A stretch of DNA of 64,000 nucleotides from Candidatus Hydrogenedentales bacterium (GTDB lineage: Bacteria > Hydrogenedentota > Hydrogenedentia > Hydrogenedentales > JAEUWI01). Under the pieces are notes generated by a model. The model was not told the DNA's origin and ran no database searches. It saw nothing but the letters and a program-made list of their open reading frames with translations. Each line of letters starts with the position of its first letter. Within the stretch, counting starts at the first letter, position 1. Positions 56,043 through 64,000 of this stretch are shown here, in pieces. A program made the position numbers and the translations under genes. The DNA lies in the NCBI GenBank assembly GCA_942492815.1, contig OW818658.1, forward strand, positions 5,402,198 to 5,466,197, written 5' to 3'.

Positions 56043-57443
56043 ATGTGGAAGAGTCGGCGGTTTTGGGTGAAGCTCTGCGCGGCGCTGGTGGGAACAGTTC
56101 TGCTCGGGGTGATCTGGTTCTCTCTTACCGCGCTTCCCGTTCTGACGGGCTACAAAGCGAAGGTGCTGGCCTCGGGTGTTTTCGTGGCGCGACGCTCCTT
56201 TGAATCGGTCATCGAGCAGGACGTGGATCTCCTGGCGCGCAAGCTCACCTGGTCTATTGATCAGGAGAAGCGCTCCGTCACGGTCTCCTTGTGGGGCGTT
56301 GCATCACGGACGGCAATCTTCCACGAGGGCCTTGGCGCGACGCTCCTGCCCCCGGACCGGAAAGACGTTTCCTTCGATCCGGGTTACACCCTGCTTCCGG
56401 TGCCGAAGCCCGATCTGGACGCCTACTGGCCGCTGGGCGATGACACCTCGCAACGGGATATGAAGCCAGGCAAGCGCACGGCCCTCGATGCAACGGTGGA
56501 GTGGGCCTTCACTGATCCCGAGCCGGACGAATCATGGGGAACGCGGGCGATTATTGTGGCCCAGGGTGGCCATGTCCTCTCGGAGCGTTACAGCCGTGGC
56601 TTTGGCCTGAGTACGCCGCTCCACGGGTGGTCCATGTCCAAGAGCGTCGTGAACGCCTTGATCGGCGTTCTGGTGATGGAGGGCAAACTGGACATTCAGG
56701 TGCCCGCGCCGGTGCCGGAGTGGAGCAAGTCGGGGGATCCCCGCGCGGCGATTTCGGTGAACCAGCTCCTCCAGATGAGTAGTGGCCTCTCCTTCAGCGA
56801 GGCCTACCTGAACCCCTATGGCGACGTGCTGCACATGCTCTTCCTGGAGGGAGATTACGCCGGTTATGCGGCAAAGCAGCCCCTGACGGCGGAACCGGGT
56901 ACGGTGTGGTCCTATTCCAGTGGGACGACAAATCTACTCTGCCGCATCATCCGCCAGCGGGTGGGCGGCACAGACAGCGACTACTTCAACTTCCCCCGGA
57001 CCGCGCTGTTTGGAAAACTGGGCATGACCAGCGCCATCCTGGAGCCCGACGCGTCGGGCACCTTCGCTGGATCGTCCTATGCTTATGCCACGGCGCGGGA
57101 CTGGGCGCGCTTCGGGCAATTCTACCTGCAGGATGGTGTGTGGAACGGGGAGCGGCTGCTGCCGGAGGGCTGGGTGAAGTACTCCACCACCCCGGCACCC
57201 GGTGCGCCTCAGGGCCGCTATGGGGCCCACTGGTGGCTCAATGCGGGCGAGCCGGAAAATCAAGACAACCGGCCCTTTCCAAGCCTGCCGCCCGACTTGT
57301 ACTACGCGTCGGGCCATGAGGGGCAGTTCGTCGTGATCGTTCCATCGCGCAGGGCGGTCATCGTACGCCTGGGCGTAACGCGCGGGCGGGATTTTGACCT
57401 GGAAACCTTTGTCCGGCAGATTCTGGATACACTGGAAGGATGA
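56043..57443 (+). CDS. Serine hydrolase of the beta-lactamase/class C-like family, N-terminally anchored
   Basis: WSMSKS (SxxK), LLQMSSGL, YSSG, DWARFGQ.YL.DG, GHEGQ. Confidence 0.88.
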   Translation: MWKSRRFWVKLCAALVGTVLLGVIWFSLTALPVLTGYKAKVLASGVFVARRSFESVIEQDVDLLARKLTWSIDQEKRSVTVSLWGVASRTAIFHEGLGATLLPPDRKDVSFDPGYTLLPVPKPDLDAYWPLGDDTSQRDMKPGKRTALDATVEWAFTDPEPDESWGTRAIIVAQGGHVLSERYSRGFGLSTPLHGWSMSKSVVNALIGVLVMEGKLDIQVPAPVPEWSKSGDPRAAISVNQLLQMSSGLSFSEAYLNPYGDVLHMLFLEGDYAGYAAKQPLTAEPGTVWSYSSGTTNLLCRIIRQRVGGTDSDYFNFPRTALFGKLGMTSAILEPDASGTFAGSSYAYATARDWARFGQFYLQDGVWNGERLLPEGWVKYSTTPAPGAPQGRYGAHWWLNAGEPENQDNRPFPSLPPDLYYASGHEGQFVVIVPSRRAVIVRLGVTRGRDFDLETFVRQILDTLEG

Positions 57444-57458
57444 ATCTCGACATTGTAT

Positions 57459-57540
57459 AGTTGACAGTTGACAGTTGGCAGCCTACAGCCTACAGCCTAC
57501 AGCCTACAGCCTACAGCCTATAGCCTATAGCCTATAGCCT
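57459..57540 (+). repeat. Heptamer tandem repeat: AGTTGAC x2, AGTTGGC, AGCCTAC x5, AGCCTAT x3, AGCCT
   Basis: Read directly. Ends 6 nt before the GAGGAG RBS of the next gene. Confidence 0.95.
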
Positions 57541-57557
57541 TCACATGAGGAGACTCC

Positions 57558-58871
57558 ATGCATCACTCTGTATCACGCCGCAGTTTCATGGTGGGCGGTG
57601 CGGCCGCATCGCTGGGTCTGGCGACGGCGCTGTCTTCGGGCCGTGCCGCCGGTGCAAACGAGCGCGTCCGCCTCGGCTTTATCGGCATTGCCAATCGGGG
57701 CAGCCAGCTTATCGAGGCGACCCTCCCCCATGCCGACGCCGACATCGTGGCGCTCTGCGACATCGACGAGAACGCGATCAATCTCTGGAAGGGCAATCCG
57801 AAACTTCCCCTGACGCCCCAGATCTACAAGGACCACCGGGAACTGCTGGCGCGCCAGGATATCGACGCGGTGGTAATCGCCACGCCCGATCACTGGCACG
57901 CCATCCAGACGATGGAGGCCTGCGACGCGGGCAAGGACGTCTACATTGAAAAGCCCCTGGCCATGACCGTCTACGAAGGTCGGCGCATGGTGGAAAAAGC
58001 ACGGCAGACAAATCGCGTGGTCCAAGTGGGGCTGCACCGCCGCTCGTCTAAGCTGCTGCTGGAACTGCGCGATCTCGTGCGCTCGGGCAAGCTTGGCAAG
58101 ATCACCATGGGTCGCTCCTACCGCCTGAGCAACATGTACCCCAACGGTATCGGCAAGATGGCCCCGGGCGATCCGCCGCCCACGCTGGATTGGGACCGCT
58201 GGCTCGGGCCCCGAGCCTTCCGGCAATTCCAGGGCAACATCGCCCCCTATAAATTCCGCTGGTGGCTGCCCTACAGTTCCCAACTGGGCAACTGGGGCGT
58301 TCACTACTTCGACCTCATCCGCTGGATGCTCGACGAGGATGCCCCCGCATCGGTTTCCTCCCATGGCGGCCGCTTCGCCATCGACGATGATCGCACCATC
58401 CCCGATACGCTGGAGACCATCTTCGAGTTTGCTTCGGGACGTCTCATGCTCTTCGGCCAACTGGAGGCCAGTGGCGCGCCCATGCTGGATTATGGTGCCG
58501 AGTTTGAATTGCGGGGCACCCAGGGCATCGTCCATGGACACGCGAGCCGCTGCAAGATCCTTGGCGAGACGGGCGGTCAGTTCCAGGATGCTGCACTGCG
58601 GATGGAAGAGATGGAACTGACGACGGACGAGGGCGATCTGACGGAGGCCCACATGCGGAATTTCCTGGACTGCATCAAGAGCCGCGCGACACCGAACTGC
58701 GACGTGGAGGAGGGCCATAAATCAACGATCTTCGCCCACCTGGGCAACATGGCCCTGGCGTCGGAGGCCCGGATCAAATGGGATGCCGCGGGCGAGCGGG
58801 TTATCAGCCCGGAGTCGGTCAATGAGATGCTCCATTATGAATACCGGGCACCTTGGAAACTACCGGAGTAA
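57558..58871 (+). CDS. Tat-exported Gfo/Idh/MocA oxidoreductase
   Basis: Motifs SRRSFM, GFIG..NRG, IATPDHWH, YIEKPLA, NWGVHYFD. Confidence 0.92.
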   Translation: MHHSVSRRSFMVGGAAASLGLATALSSGRAAGANERVRLGFIGIANRGSQLIEATLPHADADIVALCDIDENAINLWKGNPKLPLTPQIYKDHRELLARQDIDAVVIATPDHWHAIQTMEACDAGKDVYIEKPLAMTVYEGRRMVEKARQTNRVVQVGLHRRSSKLLLELRDLVRSGKLGKITMGRSYRLSNMYPNGIGKMAPGDPPPTLDWDRWLGPRAFRQFQGNIAPYKFRWWLPYSSQLGNWGVHYFDLIRWMLDEDAPASVSSHGGRFAIDDDRTIPDTLETIFEFASGRLMLFGQLEASGAPMLDYGAEFELRGTQGIVHGHASRCKILGETGGQFQDAALRMEEMELTTDEGDLTEAHMRNFLDCIKSRATPNCDVEEGHKSTIFAHLGNMALASEARIKWDAAGERVISPESVNEMLHYEYRAPWKLPE

Positions 58872-59006
58872 AGAAAAAGAATGTGGCACAGCTCAGGGAC
58901 GCGACTGGGCGGGAGTCCCGGCTGTGGTTTTTCGCCGATAGGCGCTCCACTATTCGGGGGCTGGTCTTAGACGCGCCTGGGCGGGAATGACCCCGCTCCC
59001 CAATAA

Positions 59007-59041
59007 GAAAAACCCCGCGAAGCCTGGGCCTCGCGGGGTTT
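59007..59041 (-). terminator. Rho-independent terminator of the OmpA gene
   Basis: Stem AAACCCCGCGA/TCGCGGGGTTT with an A-run on the left. Confidence 0.75.
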
Positions 59042-59056
59042 GTGGTTTGTTCTGGC

Positions 59057-60103
59057 TTACTTAGCGACGGAAAGCTCGACGCGACGATTCTTTGTGCGGC
59101 CCTCGCGCGTGCTGTTATCCGCAGCGGGCGACTCTTCACCGTAGTACTTCATCTCCAGGCTGCCCTCGCCTACGCCCTGGGCGCGGAGCGCGGCGGCTAC
59201 GGCTTCGGCACGGCGCTTGGAAAGGGCCATGTTGTAGCCGTTGGAAGCGGTGTAGTCGGTGTGTCCCTGAACCCGCACCACCATCCCCGGCGTCGACTTA
59301 ATCGTGGCGGCGACATCATTCAGCATGTCGAAGTACTCGCTGTTCACGACCGACTTATCGATATCGAAGTAGACGATGCCCAGGATATTCCGGGTGCCGT
59401 CGGCGGAGACGGTCTCAAGCACCGCGAGGTCCTGGAAGAAGACTTCGCGGATGAAAGCATCCATCCCCGTGTCGGTGGCGATGCTGTCGCCATGGCGGTA
59501 GGTGCCGCAGGGGGTGACGGTGGCCAGATCGGCCAGGAGTTTGCCACCCGCCGCATCGTCGTTCACCTGGATGGTGTGGATGCAGAGGTTGCCGCCGTAG
59601 GCCATCTTCACGGCCGTGTCGAGCACCGGCTGGGGATCGGTCTTGCCGTCGGAGATGATGATCAGGGCGCGGTTGGCGGAGGTATTGAAATACTTCTTGC
59701 CCACGTAATCAATGGCTTCGTTCAGGGGCGTGGAGCCGGTGAGGAAACGCAGGTCGTCCGCGGATTTCTCCAGCGTCGGGCGGTTCAGCGGCACAAGGGG
59801 GTGATCGATCCACTGGAAGGTCCACTCGCCGCCGTAGGACAGAAGCCCGGCCTTATAGTTGCCGTCGGGGAAGGCCTTGACCATGGATTGGGTCAGGGCC
59901 TTGGCATAGGTAAAGGAAGTCCCGGGGTACATGGAGCCGGACGCGTCCACGACCACCATCACTTCATGAAGGCTGACGTATTCTCCGGGGCCCGGCACGG
60001 TGACCGAAGCGGGCACGACGGTCTTATTCCCCATCGTGGTACAACCGGCCAGGGCCGCGCCCAGAGCGATCAGGGCTACCGCCCACGAATATTTTACATG
60101 CAT
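59057..60103 (-). CDS. Lipoprotein with a VWA domain and a C-terminal OmpA-like peptidoglycan-binding domain
   Basis: Lipobox LAGC. MIDAS DASGS, STPL, ISDG. VYFD..KS, GHTD, LSKRRAEAV, NRRVE. Confidence 0.9.
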   Translation of the reverse strand: MHVKYSWAVALIALGAALAGCTTMGNKTVVPASVTVPGPGEYVSLHEVMVVVDASGSMYPGTSFTYAKALTQSMVKAFPDGNYKAGLLSYGGEWTFQWIDHPLVPLNRPTLEKSADDLRFLTGSTPLNEAIDYVGKKYFNTSANRALIIISDGKTDPQPVLDTAVKMAYGGNLCIHTIQVNDDAAGGKLLADLATVTPCGTYRHGDSIATDTGMDAFIREVFFQDLAVLETVSADGTRNILGIVYFDIDKSVVNSEYFDMLNDVAATIKSTPGMVVRVQGHTDYTASNGYNMALSKRRAEAVAAALRAQGVGEGSLEMKYYGEESPAADNSTREGRTKNRRVELSVAK

Positions 60104-60221
60104 GGTTTGCTCCTTATTTCAACAGACAACGGTTGCCGGGTACCCCAGCGGTTTCTCTCGTGACATTCATAGTACGGTTCCGCCCGGCGCGTGTCAACTG
60201 TTTTCCCGGATGATAAAGTAC

Positions 60222-61088
60222 CTACCAGGCCAGTTCCGCCGGGAAGTAGCGCCGAATGAGGTCCTCATACCAGGGGCGGAGTGCCTCCACTTCGGGCGGA
60301 GCGTCGCTCTTGGTGTAGAGGTCGTAGGGATTGAAGGCGCGCACCCACTGAAAGAGGGCCTGATCGTGATCATTCATCAGGTGGTCGTAGGCCCGCTCGC
60401 GATGGGCGGCGTAGAAGGAGTGGTAGCGGATCATGTAGAGGGCTTCTTCGGGCAGATAGTCCTTTACGACCTGGTAAAGGTACTCGTCGTGGCCCCAGCT
60501 CAGGTGAACCTGGTCCAGGCCACAACCGGGTGCGTAGATGCCGCATTTCGTGGTCAAGTCGGGACGGTGGATATCGGGGTTGGCCGAAAAAAACTCGGGA
60601 TAAACCACCTTGTCGGAAAAGGCGCAGCCCACCGGAAAGGTGTCGCCCACCACGGCCCATTGGGGCTCGCCGTGGAGGCAGAGGACCTTGCCGAGGTCGT
60701 GAATGAGCCCAGTGAGCACAAACCAGTCGGGATGGCCGTCTTTCCGGATGCCTTCGGCGGTCTGGAGAAGGTGCTGAATCTGGGACATCTCCGTGTCGGG
60801 ATCTGAGTCATCCACCAGCGTGTTCAGAAACTCCATGGATTCCCAGATGCTCCGTCGGCCATGGAGACCGGGCCGGTACTCGGCCTTTTTTCCCAGGACA
60901 AAGTCCAAGGTTTGACCCTCGTGGTTGACGCGGTAGAACTCGCGGACCGAGTCGCGCCCCGGGTCGTCGTAATTGCGAAACGCTTCTTTCTCCTTGCCGT
61001 TGGGGTCGTAGTCGGTTTCGGGATAACGACGCTTCAGGTCTTCTTCCCAGGCTTCTTCGAGGGCGAGATCATAGGGGGTGTGACTCAT
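60222..61088 (-). CDS. Myo-inositol oxygenase family (HD-fold di-iron) protein
   Basis: Motifs [63 protein letters not shown]. Confidence 0.9.
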   Translation of the reverse strand: MSHTPYDLALEEAWEEDLKRRYPETDYDPNGKEKEAFRNYDDPGRDSVREFYRVNHEGQTLDFVLGKKAEYRPGLHGRRSIWESMEFLNTLVDDSDPDTEMSQIQHLLQTAEGIRKDGHPDWFVLTGLIHDLGKVLCLHGEPQWAVVGDTFPVGCAFSDKVVYPEFFSANPDIHRPDLTTKCGIYAPGCGLDQVHLSWGHDEYLYQVVKDYLPEEALYMIRYHSFYAAHRERAYDHLMNDHDQALFQWVRAFNPYDLYTKSDAPPEVEALRPWYEDLIRRYFPAELAW

Positions 61089-61307
61089 GCTGCTGCTCCG
61101 GTTGCTGGCGATAGTTTAGCATGGGTTGGGCGAATGCAGAAAAGCTATAGGACAAATCGGACCGATAGGACGGATTTGATCAATCGGTCCTATCGGTCGT
61201 ATCCGTCGTACCGACGCGCCACACTTGCTACTAACTGTTGCATTTCTAACAATCACATGGTAGGATGGCTGTGAGCAACAGCAGTGACGGAAAAAGGAAC
61301 GACCACA

Positions 61308-63191
61308 ATGCATTCCATGGGACTACTTCGGCAGCGGCGTTTTGCGCCCTTGTTCTGGATCCAGGCGCTGGGCGCGTTCAACGACAACGTGTTCAAGAAT
61401 GCCCTGATCATCCTGGTAACCTTCAAGTCCATGGGCATTGCCGGGCTCGCTCCGTCGCAAGTGGTGCCCCTGTGTGCGGGACTCTTTATCCTTCCTTTCT
61501 TCCTCTTTTCCGCCGTGGCGGGTCAGATGGCGGACCGCTGGCCGAAGACGCGAATCATCCCTTGGATCAAATTTGCCGAAATCCTGATCATGCTCCTGGC
61601 GACCGTGGGGCTGTTCAAGGAGCACCTCGGCCTGTTGCTGATCGTGCTCTTTCTGATGGGCGTCCATTCGGCCTTTTTCGGCCCGATTAAATTTGGCATC
61701 CTGCCGGAAATCCTGGCCGAAGAAGATCTCGTGGGCGGCAACGCGCTGGTGGAGATGGCGACCTTTCTGGCGATCCTCCTGGGCACGTTGACCGGCGGCA
61801 TATTGATCGCGCTGCCGGGGGGCGCGTGGTGGGTGAGTGCCGCGGTGTTGGTCGTCGCGATTGTGGGCTGGCTCGCGACCTTTCTCCTCCTCCCTACGCC
61901 TTCCAACAATCCAGGCAAAAAGATCAATATCAATCCTCTGTCCGCCGCTTTCCACATTCTCCGGGGCGTAAGCCAGACCCGGGGGATCTACCTGCCCATC
62001 CTGGGCATTTCGTGGTTCTGGTTTTTCGGGGGGAGTATGTTGACCTTGTTCCCCGTTTTCTCCAAAGACGTGCTCCACGGCACGGAGCATCTGGTTACCT
62101 TCTTTCTCGCGGTTTTTTCCATCGGCGTGGGCATCGGTTCCATCCTGTGCGAGCGCCTTTCCAAGGGCCGACTGGAACTTGGACTCGTGCCTATTGGCTC
62201 CGTCGGCCTGACGATATTCGCCCTGGATCTTTTCCTCGCGGGGACGCCCACGCTCGCGGGAGAATTCACCCTGCGCGCTTTTCTATCCGATTGGACGGGC
62301 CTGCGCATCACGGCGGACATCCTCCTGCTCAGCATTTTCGGCGGCTGCTATATCGTTCCGCTGAACACGATGATCCAGCAGCGCTCCGAAGCGTCCCAGC
62401 GGGCCTCGGTGATCGCGGGCAACAATATCGTCAACGCCCTGTTCATGGTGGCCTCCGCTGTGTTGCTGATCCTGTTTGAGTGGGCCGGGCTCGATACATC
62501 TCATATTTTCCTGGTGCTGGCGCTGATGAACGCGGCCATCGCCGTGTACATTTACCTGCTTATCCCCGAGTTCATGTATCGCCTTTGCTGCTGGATGCTG
62601 GCAAACGTGCTCTACCGGCTGAAGATTACCGGCGAGGAGCACATCCCCAAAGAGGGCCCCGCGGTGCTGGCGAGCAACCATGTGACCTTCGTGGACTGGC
62701 TGCTCATCGCCGGGGCCTGCCATCGCCCCGCGCGCTTTGTGATGCACCACAGCTTCATGAAGATCCCCGTGGCCAAGTGGTTCTTCAAGGGCGCCCGGGT
62801 GATCCCCATTGCGTCGGCGAAGGAATCGTCCACCGTGTTGAAGCAGGCCTTCGAAGAAATTTCACAGGCCCTGGAGAATGGAGAAGTCGTGTGCATTTTT
62901 CCCGAAGGCCAGATCACGCGGGACGGCAATTTCAACGAGTTCAAGGCGGGCATCGAACGGATCGTGGAGCGGAATCCCGCACCCGTGGTGCCGATTGCGT
63001 TGCATGGCCTATGGGGCAGTTGGTTCAGCCGCAAAGAGGGACGGGCCTTGAAGGGGAATCCGCTGCGCTGGCTATGGGCGCGGGTGGAGCTGAGGATTGG
63101 CGCTGCGATCCCCGCTGCGGAGGTGAAGGCGGAAGTGGTGAGGGAGCGGGTGGCGGAATTGTACGGCGGCGAGATGAAGACGGGGGAGTAG
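61308..63191 (+). CDS. MFS transporter (LplT-like) fused to a PlsC-type acyltransferase
   Basis: QALGAFNDN.FK, multiple TMs, NHVTFVD, FPEG.ITRDG. Confidence 0.9.
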   Translation: MHSMGLLRQRRFAPLFWIQALGAFNDNVFKNALIILVTFKSMGIAGLAPSQVVPLCAGLFILPFFLFSAVAGQMADRWPKTRIIPWIKFAEILIMLLATVGLFKEHLGLLLIVLFLMGVHSAFFGPIKFGILPEILAEEDLVGGNALVEMATFLAILLGTLTGGILIALPGGAWWVSAAVLVVAIVGWLATFLLLPTPSNNPGKKININPLSAAFHILRGVSQTRGIYLPILGISWFWFFGGSMLTLFPVFSKDVLHGTEHLVTFFLAVFSIGVGIGSILCERLSKGRLELGLVPIGSVGLTIFALDLFLAGTPTLAGEFTLRAFLSDWTGLRITADILLLSIFGGCYIVPLNTMIQQRSEASQRASVIAGNNIVNALFMVASAVLLILFEWAGLDTSHIFLVLALMNAAIAVYIYLLIPEFMYRLCCWMLANVLYRLKITGEEHIPKEGPAVLASNHVTFVDWLLIAGACHRPARFVMHHSFMKIPVAKWFFKGARVIPIASAKESSTVLKQAFEEISQALENGEVVCIFPEGQITRDGNFNEFKAGIERIVERNPAPVVPIALHGLWGSWFSRKEGRALKGNPLRWLWARVELRIGAAIPAAEVKAEVVRERVAELYGGEMKTGE

Positions 63192-63304
63192 CCTGCCTCG
63201 GTTTCAGGGACGGCAAGGACATCAGAGACGACAGGTTAATCTGTTTTCTGATGTCCCTGCTGTCCCAGTTGTCCCTGTGATCAGGTAAGGTCTCTGCCGA
63301 TGAA

Positions 63305-64000
63305 TCACATCCCGTTTAGCACCAAGCCGCCCAACAGCAACACCGCCAGGGGCTCGATCAGCCCGATGAGTATCCGCAGCCTGAATACCGCACTGTCGTA
63401 GAGCGACCCCGACAACTTCTCAAACGCCACGTCCAGCTTGCCGGTGTGCTCGCCCGTGTTGATGTAGACCAGGTTTTTCTTCGGAAAGAACTTCGACTGG
63501 ATCAGGGCCTCTTCCAGCGTGAAACCCGCCTGCAGGAGCGGAGCGAGCTTTTCAAAGTCCGCCGCGATGCGCCTCGCACCGGTCACTTCGCCCGACATCC
63601 GCACGGCGTGGTGCAGGGGGAGTCCGGCGCGGGTGAAGACCATCATGGCCCAGGCGAAGCGGGAGAGCAGGAGGGTCCGCACGATTCCGGCGAAAGGCCA
63701 GCAGTGCATGAGGATGGACTCGCGGGTGGCGAGCGAAAGGGTGAGTCGGGCGATGACGACCACGGCGAGCAAGGTCCCACCCACGGTAAGGCCTAGGTTC
63801 GACACCAACCAGAAGAGCTGAATTTCAAAAGGCTCCTTGGCGATTCCCGCGACATCGGAAAGGAACGCTTTGAGGATGGGAATGCCCACGAACATGGCCA
63901 CCAGCACCGAAGCGGGATAGGCCACTTGCCGAATGACGGCGTTGTACATCGCGCGGAGGTCTTCGTAGTACTTCGTGAGCTGGGGCAGGACAACGGCGAG
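63305..64000 (-). CDS. Type II secretion/type IV pilus F-family (PilC/GspF) protein, 5' partial
   Basis: Frame is open to the window end. Motifs GLPLHHAV, GEHTGKLD, IEPL. Confidence 0.8.
   Translation of the reverse strand, partial: LAVVLPQLTKYYEDLRAMYNAVIRQVAYPASVLVAMFVGIPILKAFLSDVAGIAKEPFEIQLFWLVSNLGLTVGGTLLAVVVIARLTLSLATRESILMHCWPFAGIVRTLLLSRFAWAMMVFTRAGLPLHHAVRMSGEVTGARRIAADFEKLAPLLQAGFTLEEALIQSKFFPKKNLVYINTGEHTGKLDVAFEKLSGSLYDSAVFRLRILIGLIEPLAVLLLGGLVLNGM

Noticed and set aside
56043-57443. Serine hydrolase as the beta-lactamase controlled by BlaI
   Set aside because: It is 43 kb away, no operator dyad was seen upstream, and it belongs to a broad esterase-like family.

Overview
64-kb window of a high-GC bacterial chromosome. 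The gene content (two DUF4838 proteins, a DUF1549/DUF1553-DUF1501 pair, a sulfatase, BlaI/M56, LRR and FG-GAP proteins) suggests a PVC-like or Hydrogenedentota-like organism; this is inference and no marker gene is present. It holds about 40 CDS, mostly carbohydrate, hydrolase and housekeeping genes, plus one complete IS4/IS50-type element with a frameshifted transposase. No tRNA, rRNA or CRISPR array was found. Five observations stand out. (1) A motor-less DUF4145(HEPN-like)-coiled coil-HsdR_N nuclease gene at 41.1-42.3 kb has a second copy of its promoter and first 98 codons 33 kb away. The copies differ almost only at synonymous sites, and the short copy stops exactly before the conserved AAH histidine. 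(2) A BlaI-coupled M56 protease is fused to an intact PBP2/MrdA-type transpeptidase, LRRs and Ig-like repeats, with a palindromic operator over its promoter. (3) The IS is inserted with a 9-bp target duplication into the centre of a REP hairpin. (4) There is a rich set of fixed-length intergenic elements: four 103-bp inverted-repeat units with variable interiors, two head-to-tail 185-bp TIR elements, nested doublets and 7/9/10-nt phased repeats, with no RAYT in the window. (5) A lipase-like module sits inside a 2080-aa surface lipoprotein. All family calls come from motif recognition, not database searches.
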